DNA from: Botryllus schlosseri
Taxonomy: Eukaryota
Assembly: GCA_051294905.1 (NCBI GenBank)
Contig: CM119373.1
Coordinates: 62,001-126,000, forward strand
DNA: 64,000 bases
Reading direction: 5' to 3'
Below the pieces are notes generated by a model, which made no database searches, was not told the DNA's origin, and saw only the letters and a list, made by a program, of their open reading frames with translations. The translations under genes and the position numbers were made by a program. Below, piece after piece: positions 28,770 to 41,239 of this stretch (position 1 is the stretch's first letter; every line of letters starts with the position of its first letter).

Positions 28770-29600
28770 ACCAACTAATGCTGTTCGCAACAAGATGAAC
28801 ATGACGCCCGATGATTAATTGTCATATGATTGTGGCGGTCCTGTTTTTGCCCTCTTTGATGACTGCCAGCAGTAATATCTTTTGTTGTGACGCTTAGCAT
28901 TGGTTTTATTAATTAATCGATGCTACTCTAGTCGTCCTTGTCGATATCAATTTACAATATATTTGTAATGGTCGTGGCCCAGAATTTGGTCTTTTGATTG
29001 TATTCTTGGATTGCTTAACGTATTGCCAACTAACTGGCCTAAACCTTATAAGCACCATTGTTCAATTGTTGGCACCAGCACAACTTGAACAACAAACATA
29101 TATTGTTTGTTTACCTGTAATAATTACGCATCATTAGGAATTTGTGACATTGCAGGTTTCCAATATTGTTGATTGTACTTTTATGGAACATTGCTTTCTT
29201 TGCTGCTAATACACACTGCTCTTTAATCTGCAGACTGACTACAGATTTTGTGTGTTTAAGGTGAAAGGTCAATGACAATTATTTGTCAGGCTCGGTTTCT
29301 TGCAATCCTAGTCAGTCAGCACAGTTGGGATTTGGCTGAGGTGAAAGGTCAATGAAAATATAGGTGAATGGTCAATGAAAATTATCAATCAGACTCAGTT
29401 TTTTCCAATCTGAGTCATGGAAAACTCGGGATTTACCTACTTTAATGAGGTCGGAAAGTAGTTTCCCGGGTCAAAAGTCGGGGAATTTTGAACCTAACCT
29501 AATGTCAGGATTTACCGAGGATATTTGTGGCGACGCAACTCTAAAACTTGTTTAACTTACGACGCACCGCTAATCGTAGCTCTCACAAGTCACAAACCGT

Positions 29601-29936
29601 AGTTGTTGTTGTTTATTGAACAGTATTTGGCACCTATCGCTTATTTGGTCATTTGTAACCAGAACACGAATTCTGTAAAGTTCGTTGGTCTTCTTCACTG
29701 TACGCTCCGCGGACGACTTCCAGTCTCGCACGCATTCATCATCTTTCACTCTCTCTTTCGCGCGTCCACTTCAGTATCGGTTGCTGTCGATTATTCAAAG
29801 CTCGACTTCACTTTATCCGTCTGGGCTTTTCGTAAGACACCGCTCAAGCAGTGAGATCAGCGATGAGGAGCCCAGAGACTCGAACCAGCAACCATTAGTG
29901 TCGTGACTGCAGTGTTTTACCAACTGCGCCACTCGC
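29601..29936 (-). mobile_element. tRNA-derived SINE
   Basis: Minus strand: A box TGGCGCAGTTGG, B box GGTTCGAGTC, core GCGGTGTCTTACGAAAAGCC, tail AATAAACAACAACAAC. Confidence 0.75.
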
Positions 29937-30235
29937 AGAGCTATCTGTTAGTATGTATGTAATATTTGTTGAATTTATTGCAAAAAAAATCCTGCGATAG
30001 TTTTTACATATCCAAGGCACTGTGTTGGGTGCTGTGGCCAATAAGCGGGACACGCCGAAAATATGGCTTTATCGTGAGAAATCATGATAAGATTTGTCCA
30101 ACTGTTTTTTCTGGAAAACATGATGGTCGATGACCGTTGGGATGAACTAGTGTAGAGATGTGCTACGAGCGAGTTCAGGCCTATGAGACTCGTTCATTTC
30201 GAGCCAACCCCTTCTGCATATTGGGGGGGGGCAAA

Positions 30236-31713
30236 TGACCATCTCTGATTAGAAAATATATTTTTTCTTGTAGATTCCAACCGTATACCCTCCGGAAGAT
30301 GAGCGTAGCATCGAAGCGCATCAAAAGGAAATTATGACTGAGTGGAAAAGAGCCGAAACGCTGATAAAAACACAATCATGGATAGGATGAAAATGACCTT
30401 TAAAGATCATCAACATGAAGTTATCAAAGGGACATCAACAACGAGTCTGTTGCGTGCGTACCCAGTTTTGGCAGATGCTCATTGGGTAGGTATAAAGTAT
30501 TGGTTTCAGGCGCGATTTATAAGCCCTGTGTGCATACATACGAAACGCACAAGAATGAATTACACTAAATGCTATGATATATATTTTATTGGTATTGGTA
30601 GAACATTATACATAGTGATGACCAGTACGCCACCGGACTTGCACGTCAATTTAAACTACTAATCAAATTGAAGACCACCCATGGCATGGTATGCTATGAA
30701 GTCAATATTTCCCACTGTTCAGATTTTGGAAGAAATGAAAATGATTTGTCAGAAACAAGACTGTTCCGACGATACTTACTCTGTCGACCTGACTCCTAGA
30801 ACTTTGTCGCAACTTTTCTCGCCAAGCTTCCAAACGTCAATTGAACTTTGTCGCAACTTTTCTCGCCAAGCTTCCAAACGTCAAACCAACTAATGCTGTT
30901 CGCAACAAGATGAACATGACGCCCGATGATTAATTGTCATATGATTGTGGCGGTCCTGTTTTTGCCCTCTTTGATGACTGCCAGCAGTAATATCTTTTGT
31001 TGTGACGCTTAGCATTGGTTTTAATAATTAATCGATGCTACTCTAGTCGTCCTTGTCGATATCAATTTACAATATATTTGTAATGGTCGTGGCCCAGAAT
31101 TTGGTCTTTTGATTGTATTCTTGGATTGCTTAACGTATTGCCAACTAACTGGCCTAAACCTTATAAGCACCATTGTTCAATTGTTGGCACCAGCACAACT
31201 TGAACAACAAACATATATTGTTTGTTTACCTGTAATAATTACGCATCATTAGGAATTTGTGACATTGCAGGTTTCCAATATTGTTGATTGTACTTTTATG
31301 GAACATTGCTCACCGCTCAAGCAGTGAGATCAGCGATGAGGAGCCCAGAGACTCGAACCAGCAACCATTAGTGTCGTGACTGCAGTGTTTTACCAACTGC
31401 GCCACTCGCAGAGCTATCTGTTAGTATGTATGTAATATTTGTTGAATTTATTGCAAAAAAAATCCTGCGATAGTTTTTACATATCCAAGGCACTGTGTTG
31501 GGTGCTGTGGCCAATAAGCGGGACACGCCGAAAATATGGCTTTATCGTGAGAAATCATGATAAGATTTGTCCAACTGTTTTTTCTGGAAAACATGATGGT
31601 CGATGACCGTTGGGATGAACTAGTGTAGAGATGTGCTACGAGCGAGTTCAGGCCTATGAGACTCGTTCATTTCGAGCCAACCCCTTCTGCATATTGGGGG
31701 GGGGGGCAAATGA
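30236..31713 (+). repeat. Mosaic tandem duplication of three upstream segments
   Basis: 30236-30793 = 25853-26410; 30794-31310 = 28679-29195; 31311-31713 = 29838-30238; near-identical. Confidence 0.95.
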
Positions 31714-32486
31714 ACACGTAAAGTTTTGGCCAACAGACCGGTGATAAAATGCGGGCGGTGTGTATCGTGAGTATATTTGCTCGTCTCATATACTCGTGAG
31801 ACAGAAGTTAGAGCTCGCTACCTTATGATCCGTTACTCCAATATATATACTCTCCTCGATCGTTTTTGCACCTTATGTTCCAAGACATAAAGCGAAAGCC
31901 TCAAAACAAACGTTTGAGCTTTCCTCTTTTCGACAAACTGTAGCCTCCGGGAACTTTGTGTCAGCTCTCAAAAACGATTTCTGCTAGCAGGCATTTTTCA
32001 CTCGCGAAAAATTCGCTGTATTTTGGATAGGAGTGCAGAACAGATTTTAAGACCTTGCCATGCAAGCACTAGTAGACGTTTTTGTAGAAAATCCTAAAAC
32101 GTGTTTGGCCGAGAAGGGGTTCAGTGAAATAATTGAAATCAAAAAGAGCGAAAAAATTGCCTTTTAATGGGACACTTGATAGCTTAAGTTACATAGCAGC
32201 TAATTTGTTACACATCTGAATAAAACGTTGTTAAGTATCTTCATCTTCTTTATGTATAATAATTTTCGATTAGTTTGTGCGAATGAAATTTATTTTACAA
32301 AAAAAGTGCGAATGGAGCTCAAAAAGGTTGAAAAGCACTGGCCTATATCAATGTAGTTGAGCAGTTCTGCGCATGCGTGAGCGATACAGCGTCGTTTGCG
32401 AGTAAAATCAACTCTTTAATCGTGTCTCGATTCAGAATAAATGGATACGTCATCTGTATTTAAAACAGTTGCCAATATGTAATGAC

Positions 32487-33281
32487 CAGAGCGATTTTTC
32501 TGCCTAAAAACGGAAAATTTTGACAAAGAAAATCAAAATTTTGAAAATTTTTGACCCTAAAATAATTAATTTAGACCGCATTTTGATCTAACGTATGCAA
32601 ATTAGGTGATTCCCCATATAATGTGAAAATTGTACTACTTATCTTCATTTCTGGTTCTGATCTGTCCTTACGAAGTAGTTTGGCCTGAATAAACTTCTCT
32701 GACTCAAAAACTGACAATCAGTACATGGAAATATTTGTTTTAACGAAATCTGGCCCTACGAAGAATTCCAATGTTTACATCTCTTATTATTTAGAAATAA
32801 TTAAAATTTGTTGTAGTACAACGAAAGATAGATTCTCAGGTACAAAATGTCTGTCCTTACTAAAAGTAGCTTGCCAAGAATGGAGGAAAACGTTCAACAG
32901 CAGCAGTTTTTGACTGACAACACTGAATTTGTGCCCACACTGCCAGGACACATCCGTGTTGCTTCATTCTGCATTTTACGTAACACCATGGCAACTTATT
33001 TGTTTCGTTTGAATGTTTATGATTCACAATGAGCAGACAATGGGTCATCTACAACGGTTGGCCTGTAAACAGGGATATCTATAGATATCCCTGTCAACAA
33101 AGTACGCTACAAGCTGTAAAACGCCAAATGATAGATTCACAGACTATACAAAGACGGTACAAAGGAAATGCAGGTAGCAAAAACTTTGTGACTTTGTAAA
33201 CAATTTTGACATTTCTTGACCTAACGCTACAATTTTGACAAAATTTTGACTTTTTTTGACGTGTCAAAATAAATCGCCCTA
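32487..33281. mobile_element. MITE with TTTTGAC subterminal repeats
   Basis: Ends CAGAGCGATTT / AAATCGCCCTA; inverted relative starts at 63595 and runs to the window end. Confidence 0.7.
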
Positions 33282-35430
33282 GTAATCACTTTGAATCATG
33301 TCTATTACTTTGAAATTTCAACTTGACTTGACTAGTGCCTTGACTCGCGACTTGACTTGAGTCACCTCGAAAAATCGAGTGACTTGACTTGACTCGAGTC
33401 ACCTTCAAAAATTGATTGACTTGACTTGACCCGAGTCAAAATGTGCAATGACTCGAAGACAGTGACTTAATCTCAACACTGTATCGAACATTAACGAGGA
33501 AGGCTGCGTTCCAATATCACTGATGTTCGGGTGCGGTCTTTGCTAAGGGTTTTCGCATATGACATGCAACCAGAGTTCAAAAAGTAGTTGACAATATTGA
33601 ACGATCATAGATATCTGATTAACTTCAATGGCTGTTCTAAATAAATCCATTCAATCCGGTTTTTGGTCTCTATGCTTTAAACTTAAAGTTTACATTAAAT
33701 ACAATTGATTATTTGTCACCACGAATACGTGGGGCCAACGATGCATTATGATTAATACAGCGGGAAAATAGAAATATTTCAACTTATATCATCGTGAGAT
33801 ACACTGGTTTGGTGGTATATGTGTGTATTTAATCGGCCAATCATCCAATACTGCCAACTCCATTGATTGCAATTAACTGTATTGCCCCAATAGAGCCCGC
33901 ACGATCCTGGATATAAGACAAAATAATATGATACATAGCATTGATAGTAATGCAATTCCAGTGGAAAATGAGGTTAATGACTTGGAAGTAACACATTTGA
34001 ATGATATGACGGGTCCGACCCGCGAGCGATCAAAACTTTTGAATCCGTCCCGCGTCCTAAGTTGAGTTTGAAACCACTGCTGTAAATCATCAGTATGACG
34101 GCCACCTTGAACGGGTCAGAGATCAAGTGTTGCTCAATGTAACTTAAAACAATTACGATATTACTCCGAAATCTAATCATGGCTACGGTTATTAACTTCA
34201 TTACGCACAATTTACTTATCGCTATCTTATCGCCCACCACTATACTCCAATGAATCATATTTGTAGCTATTACTGACATCCATTGCAAATATCTACCAAC
34301 CCCTGTAGTAGATCGGTCTCCCTTACCGCGACAAGATTTCTAGCCACTGTGCTGCGCAGTGTAGTTGTCGTTGTTATTGCCGATATGGTTGGTCGAGTTA
34401 ATATATTGTGTCACGTCCATGGAAAGGTGGTAGAACGTTCATTGACTGCGTGACAATTGCTTTGTAAATCTACCTCTCTGTAGCCGTTTGCCATTTCGTC
34501 GGAATCAGAAATAAAAATGCGAAAATGAATGCCTCGACACGGCCATCGACTGGATGCGACTATACTAATTGAACACTTTGTAGTGCGTGAAACTGATATC
34601 ATAGAGATGTAGAAACAAGTAAATTAGGGGACCCTCACACGATTGGCAATGAGACTGGATGAACAACTCTTTATATAAACTAGCTTTGGCAGGTGTTTCA
34701 TCTCCGTGATTTCCGCTGATAACCACAATTTATGTACTTTTTAGAGATACGTTTGATGAAGATAGTTGGGAATACGGGTGGTGTCCAGTACAGCTGCATT
34801 TATTAGTGAATGAATTCAGCATGATGATTAATTGAAGATAAGGGTGTGGATCTTTGCGCATGAAAAACTATCTCAAATTTCTACACGTCGTATAGTCACC
34901 GATGGCGTGGTGAATGGAAGACATTCACACCCATGGTCAGATCAGTAGAAGCGCACAAGTTCAATCTAATCATATTTAATAACAATGATTGCGCACCGTA
35001 TGGAACCTTCGCGAAACACGGTTACGTGATCTCGTAACAAATAGGATTAAGGTAAAGGACAACGGTTAAATTATGACTTCTTTTGTTGTTACAAAGTCAC
35101 ATGCCGAAGTGTCCCAAGCTGAAATGTCTCCTACTAAACTGTCGCTTTCAATTATAGAATACCACAGGTTCAACTGTCGGGCAAGCGGTAAAGCAGGTTT
35201 ATCCCCCCTTTGTTCATGCGAAATACGAAGGTATGGTTATGGATATCATTACGCATAATTTATGTATCACCATACTGATACCATAGAAGCCAGAACACTA
35301 ATGAAATGTTCATGAATTCTAGGCATGAAGCAATTTCTTAACATATTTTGCTCTTCATTGAAAAGGTGCCTTCAGCAGACCATCATCCCCAATTTACAAA
35401 GCTTATTGAATGAAAGAGCATCCTACTCAC

Positions 35431-35556
35431 CTGGAATCCCGGAAGAGATGTTGTAGACGGCCCTGTTTACATTGAGTTGATCTCCGCTCACGAGGTTAAC
35501 CGGGCTCTTTACGAACTTCAGATTGACATTTTCTCCTTCGGCCAAAGTTGCGGATC
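35431..35556 (-). CDS. Isolated 126-nt phase 1-1 exon, probable N-terminal part of an Ig-like domain (may be pseudogenic)
   Basis: TTCTTAG acceptor and CAG|GTGAGT donor; open frame GSATLAEGENVNLKFVKSPVNLVSGDQLNVNRAVYNISSGIP. Confidence 0.5.
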
Positions 35557-37045
35557 CTAAGAAACACATTATTATTTTACTGCGGGGCAGGCTCCGTACA
35601 TAGCCCTATTACAAATTACTATGGATTCTATTATTTTCGTGGATATCCTTCAGAATATTATTTGTGCAACTAGCAGAATGTACGGTATTTGAATAACTTC
35701 TCAACTGTTTCTGAAGGATAATATGATCGTGTATTTTAAGTAGTCTGAGCTCAAATACAACAGACAATAGGCTAGTTACCATATATTCCGAGGGATTGTG
35801 ATGTCGGCTTGACATCGGTGTCACCGGAATTGCTGTCTTTACCCGCTTCTGCCATAGTCTTGATAACGTGGTTCTAATTACCTAGTGCATATGACAATAC
35901 TGAAAATATATGATAACATTCTATGATGAATCTTTTCTGAACAATAGGATAATATCATCAGTTCTGAGCACAGAGCTTTATAGTAGATCTGATGGTTATA
36001 TTCGAGCAAATATACCTATCACATGACAACAGTCACATCTTCACAATTTCGAATACCCTATATCAGCGGTCGGGAACCTTATTGGCAAAAAGAGCCATAT
36101 TGGCCCAATAGGCCTATTTATAATTGTAATTCCTGAAGAGCCATATAAATATGTCCACTGCTACGTTAAAATAGACGATTCGTGACATTATTGTAGCACG
36201 AAATCGAAGTGCAATACATCGGATTCGACATGAGCCCGAAGCTTGCTCGCCTCAACTGCTGTACTGGGAGCAGGACATGGTAGGGTATAGATTGGAATGG
36301 GAATTTTCCATAATGCGTACCCGCCCCATACTCCACTAAACAATTTTCCATACCATAGCCCCATTCTTCCATAACATATTTGATACCTTATTCATACTTC
36401 CGAAACTTACCCAACTTATCAATTGATATTCTATTTTTGATGTGTGGACATTTTCCAGCGTTGATAGTATAATGACGTTGGATGAGATTATTCATTTAAA
36501 CAGCCCTGATGCACCAATGATATCCCCAGTCTCGTTACATCATATGTCGTCAGTGATTTAGGTTGCCTGATCATCGAAGACGGAACGTATGATATATACT
36601 CACAGGGTTATTTGGAAAACACAGCAGAATCTCATGACATGGCATGTAAATCTAGTGTGGCAACACAATTCAAGCATTACAATGATGTACAAAATTACAT
36701 AACACAAAGGTATTGTCAAATTAGATGATTGGTTCCCAACCTTTTTTTCTTGATTCCCCACAATCTGAAATCTATATTCCCTCCCTTTAAAATTGCTCCT
36801 TCCAATAAAATTTGGTAACACTTGCTACTGGTGCTGGTAAAGACCCCAGAATTGAACAGCAGGCAATAAAATTATTGGGCGGTATACTGGTAACCGTAAA
36901 CGCAATGTTCCGCCTTGGTAAATGTATACGGTATGTAAGCATACTCAAATTCTTCGGAGATAACACAACGTTGCACTACAAGCCTACATTTTAACTGCAG
37001 TGCCAACAAGCTACATACCAACCGGGAATGATGATGGCTATTGAC

Positions 37046-40000
37046 CAGAGGTGGCCAAAGTAGTCAAGAAAGCTACTCAAGTAGAAGTAGAAGTAGCGAC
37101 GGAAAAGAATTACCAAAGCACGAGTAGAATTACTTCTTTCATAAGCCACCTAAAACTACTTGAAGTAGAAGTAGAATTAACCAACTTTAAATATACTCGA
37201 GGAAGTAAGTAGTTTTGAAAACAGTCTTAATTCATTCGCATGGACTTTCAAAAGCTGCAAATTGAGCTATGCGGAAGGTGCAGAGAGCTTGATGCTTATT
37301 GATGCATCCCAGGAAGTATCAATATTCGGCAGAATAAGCATTCTTTCGCATCATGGGATGCAAATTATAGTATTGATATAAAAATTCGATACTAACTCGT
37401 TGTTTACTAAAACACCCCGTTTTAGGGAATATTATGGCATGGTGCCCCACCCCATATTATAAGGCCCCAAGTTTAGGCAGAAAGCAATACGGAGAAGCTG
37501 GATCGGATACGGTTTCAACATATTGTGCGATTAATATACGTTAATAACAAATATTGTGGATCATAAATTTCATATTTCGTGTAGCTTTATTTTCGGAATA
37601 GAGAGGCATTGCTTCACTTGCCTTTATGCTTCAACATGTATGTCCTGGAGACAAAAGAATTGTAAGTACCGTAATCAGAAATCAAAGTATGCTACTCCGA
37701 GTATCATACTCGGAATTGAAAGGAAATACAAATACCACTTCTAGAAAGCGAAAAATATATTTCATGTCTTTTGTCCATAAAGCTTCAAAGGTGATCTGCT
37801 TGAACAGGTGTAACGTTCCAAAAAGCCGAATTTTCCAGATTAGCAGGACACGTCACGGGCTGGTAGACAATGATAGGATAGGTAATTGCTAGATTGCGAA
37901 ACGGTAGTGTCAAACGTTATGGTGGGCAATATTTACTGTGATGAAATATTGGGTATGGGCGACAATGCAGTGTGAGCGGAACAATAAGCAATCAGGTACC
38001 TAAATTATATTCACTGATAATTATTTATGTCACTCAATAACTACTGTGCGCGAACTACTGGGCTTTAGTTGACTTTTATGAATATCAAATGTTGGTACTC
38101 CGTGAAAACTGACCCGAAATTCCTCAGGCTATCTTTCGTAATGAGGTGCCTTGGAGTCGACTTTTATCAAAATACACCAACCGAAACTCTGTCAACAAAA
38201 GGAGTTCGTGTACCACCTAAAAATAGTACATTGAGCACTCTCTCTTTCATGCTGGTGACATCATATTTTGTGATGCGATTGTTGATATACAATGTTCTTT
38301 CCAATTCTCTACTAGTTGCTGACGATTACCCCTAACGAGTGTCAGCCGAAAATATTCGGGTTCCTTTCAATATGAATATCCTATTCAATCGCTTGCTTAG
38401 ATGTGTATTGGTAGTCAAATGGTGTTTCGAATAGCAGATCAGTCATATTAAATTGTAATTGCTTGTTTGCGTTAGGCTTGTAAAATAGGACTTGATATAA
38501 ATGCTGACTTTGACTTTTCTGTGACCTGAAATGTCAGGTTGGTGGCAGTGAACGGCGTGATACTTGTCAAGTGCTCTGAACGTAATACGTACTAATGGTC
38601 CGTTGATATTTTAATCCTAAACCGCGAAAGTGTGCCGTTACCCCTTGCCAAATCTTGACGTGTTATAGTTATGGTTTTGACATCATTTGTTAGTGCATTC
38701 ATGAATGTAAGCGATGTATATTAACGAAGCATGGGATATGCTCAAACCATCTACTGTCTCTGTGTGCAATATCTGCGACTGAATTCACAATCGTTGATGT
38801 TCGTTACAACGGTTGCCATTTCATCTGTTCAGCCAAATACTATTTCTTCTAATAATTTCTGATTAACATTTGTGATACTCATTTCAGTCAACTTACGAGT
38901 TATTTTGTTGCTATAGGTAGCCTTTATTTTACAACTGGAGACTGAAGCCATGAAGTGAATGCGATATGGGTAGAAGTCTGATGGTGAATTGAAAATAATG
39001 TGGCGTTGGCTCTAAGCATTGGCTCAACCTGCAGCGACAATGTCCATGATCAGCCGACTATCACTACTGATGATATCTGGCTGACAGTACATCGCACGAA
39101 TAGGAGGCTGTGGAATTACCCAGATATCAGACACCAGGCCAAGCTTATACTTGGGATATATCATTCACAATTGGGCTCTGAATGAAGTTAGCGTGTACAC
39201 AGTGAACTGGCTTCTGATGGTAGCACCGCGTTATTGCCTTGATCCTATTCTTCCCGCCAAGGTACAGACCTGTTTCATAAACCAGATCTTGTCCATATTC
39301 CAATTCAAGGGCAGGAATAGTTGTATCAAACTTTTCCTGGGAAGAAGATCTCTCTGTATCTCGACTGAAATCAATGTGTCGTTTTATGCATTTCATAGGA
39401 CTGTCTGTTTGTATTTGACCGGTATTTTGAATGTATGCTCGTGCTGGATTTTAATATAACTAAAACGACAATGAAAACATGTTGTCAAATTGTGATGTCT
39501 TGCAACAAAAGGTTAATATATCTGCCAGAAAGCAACAATGATTCAGGTAGCGATAGGGTTACTAGCGACTGTAAGCTGCAGTAGCGAGAGGGTTAATGAA
39601 CGGCAACAAACGGGTTAATGAGTCTGCAGCGGAAGTGCGAAAATTGTATCTTTCGAAGCATCATTTTGACATCGAATGCGCATAATGCGCCGGATGATCG
39701 CTCCCATTTTGTTGACTGGGCTACAATGTTGATTAATTTCTGATAAGAAAGTACGCCTATTTGAATATGCGTTTGCTATTGGATTCTTGTTGAAATTACA
39801 ATAGCATCGTTTGTCTCAATCCTGTCCCGCCGTTTTAAGTAAATGTGGAAATGTGTGGCAACAATTTCTGCAACAAAATATTACATCAATTGCCCGTGTT
39901 TAATTCAATGGCCAATGGCGCGATGAGAATTCACGTTTATTCGGGTGATGGCAGTACGGTCATACGATGTCGGCGTTCATGTAACGGAGTGTAACGCAGG

Positions 40001-40490
40001 TGATCATAGTTAATACACTTGTTCATTGTTGCTCCTCGAGTAAAGCTAAAAGTATAACCATAAATTTCTAGTCAAGTACAGTTAAAAGTATACAGCAATT
40101 CCCAAGACTTGTCAAAACTGCTTCCTGTGACGGTAGAAAATAAATTGTCCGAGAAGTGCCCAATTATCTAGTTTCTAAAAGTAGATTTCGTTGATGACTC
40201 GCATACTCGTATGTTGCAAATCGGGGGTATCTGAGCGCCGTCTAATGGCACGACACATAGTTATATTATTCGTAAATATATTCAGTCACTGTTAGAATCG
40301 GCCATTTCCCTCTTAAAAGCTATCCCAAACTACTTTCTATTATTCAATGTTCATATTGAAAAAAGAGGTAATTTTGTAGGTTATAGTATTCAGGTTGAAG
40401 TGGAAGTAACCTAAAGCATAACCACTTCAGTAAGTTGTGCAAGTGACCAAAACCTATTTGAGTACTCCAGAAAAATAAAAGTAGGTACTA
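37046..40490. mobile_element. Second copy of the 1255-2528 element, interrupted by ~2.2 kb of inserted DNA
   Basis: 37046-~38140 aligns with 1255-~2345; similarity resumes at ~40325-40490. Confidence 0.75.
38146..38390 (+). mobile_element. Penelope-like element 3' end / pseudo-LTR fragment
   Basis: Aligns with 13220-13470 (LESTFIKIH..LCQQKEFVY). Confidence 0.75.
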
Positions 40491-41239
40491 GGGAATCGAT
40501 ACTAGCGCTAGTGAGATACGTTACTTGCTGAAAGACCATATCCGTCCAAAGCTTGATCTTGTGAGGAAAGACCAAACTCAGTGGGTCTCAAATATTTTCA
40601 GACACTTTCCTTTTTATGATATTGAAATTTCTCATCTCCCTATATGGTCATATCACAAAATGCAACCAGAATGCTAGCAATCCCAACGGATAGTTTGATG
40701 GCACGGAATGTTATGACGGTTGATGAGAGAATTCTATAATATGAATTCCGGGCTATACACAGAGCATTACCTGTGAATTGCAGGTAAACCAAGCTAAGCG
40801 CGAAAAAAAATCAGTTGGCCGCAGCTCCGCGCCCCTCTAGATGCTTTCACGCCGCTAATTCGAGAAATAGTAGTGATGGGCACAGCGGAATAGCTTATTT
40901 TAAAACAACAACAACAATATGTTGAAACTGTAGCCAATTTCAGCATTTCAACATGGTTTTAAAAGCTTTTTTCCGAAATCTCAAATCAACTCGCAGGCGG
41001 CAAAATGTTATCTCGCGGGCCCCGTGCTGGTGATCCCTGCTCTAGTTTCTAGAGAGAAATGCTCCAACATGCGTAATTCCAATGATCTACTCACCTCCTG
41101 TTTTGAACATTTAGCTAGTAGAAAATATCAGCAACCTATCGGCCATAAGTAGGGCTAGGCACAATGATTCGAGTACTCGAATCTGAATCGAGTATTAATT
41201 TTAATCACTCTTATAAAGAGCACAATACCAATAGCAAAT

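Larger units (their letters stand above)
24609..28818 (+). pseudogene. Spliced SAMD3-like (CACTA-associated accessory protein) pseudogene
   Basis: AG/GT-bounded exons ~24609-24734, 25037-? (MITE-interrupted, tentative), 25891-26102, 26340-26496, 27280-27359 and 28508-~28818. Phases are compatible for the last four. Peptides: EDERSIEAHQKEIMTEWK..DRMKMTF..LLRAYPVL, ILEEMKMI, YIPTIFKE, ALACLMAIYWVFNVKF. Lesions: 1-bp deletion at 25963-25966, TAG at 28523 and 28682. Confidence 0.7.
21304..29529 (+). mobile_element. CACTA/EnSpm-like (CMC) non-autonomous element, ~8.2 kb
   Basis: Left end CACTGTAAAAAATATCCTCGGTAAATCCCGA; matching inverted TCAGGATTTACCGAGGATATTT at ~29505-29526 (outermost bases damaged). 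Carries a SAMD3-like gene; no transposase recognised. Confidence 0.7.
21104..32340. mobile_element. hAT-type MITE expanded to 11.2 kb by internal insertions
   Basis: Perfect 16-bp TIRs CAGTGCTTTTCAACCT (21104-21119) / AGGTTGAAAAGCACTG (32325-32340); TSD GCCTATTT/GCCTATAT; GTGCGAATG subterminal repeats at both ends. Confidence 0.85.
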
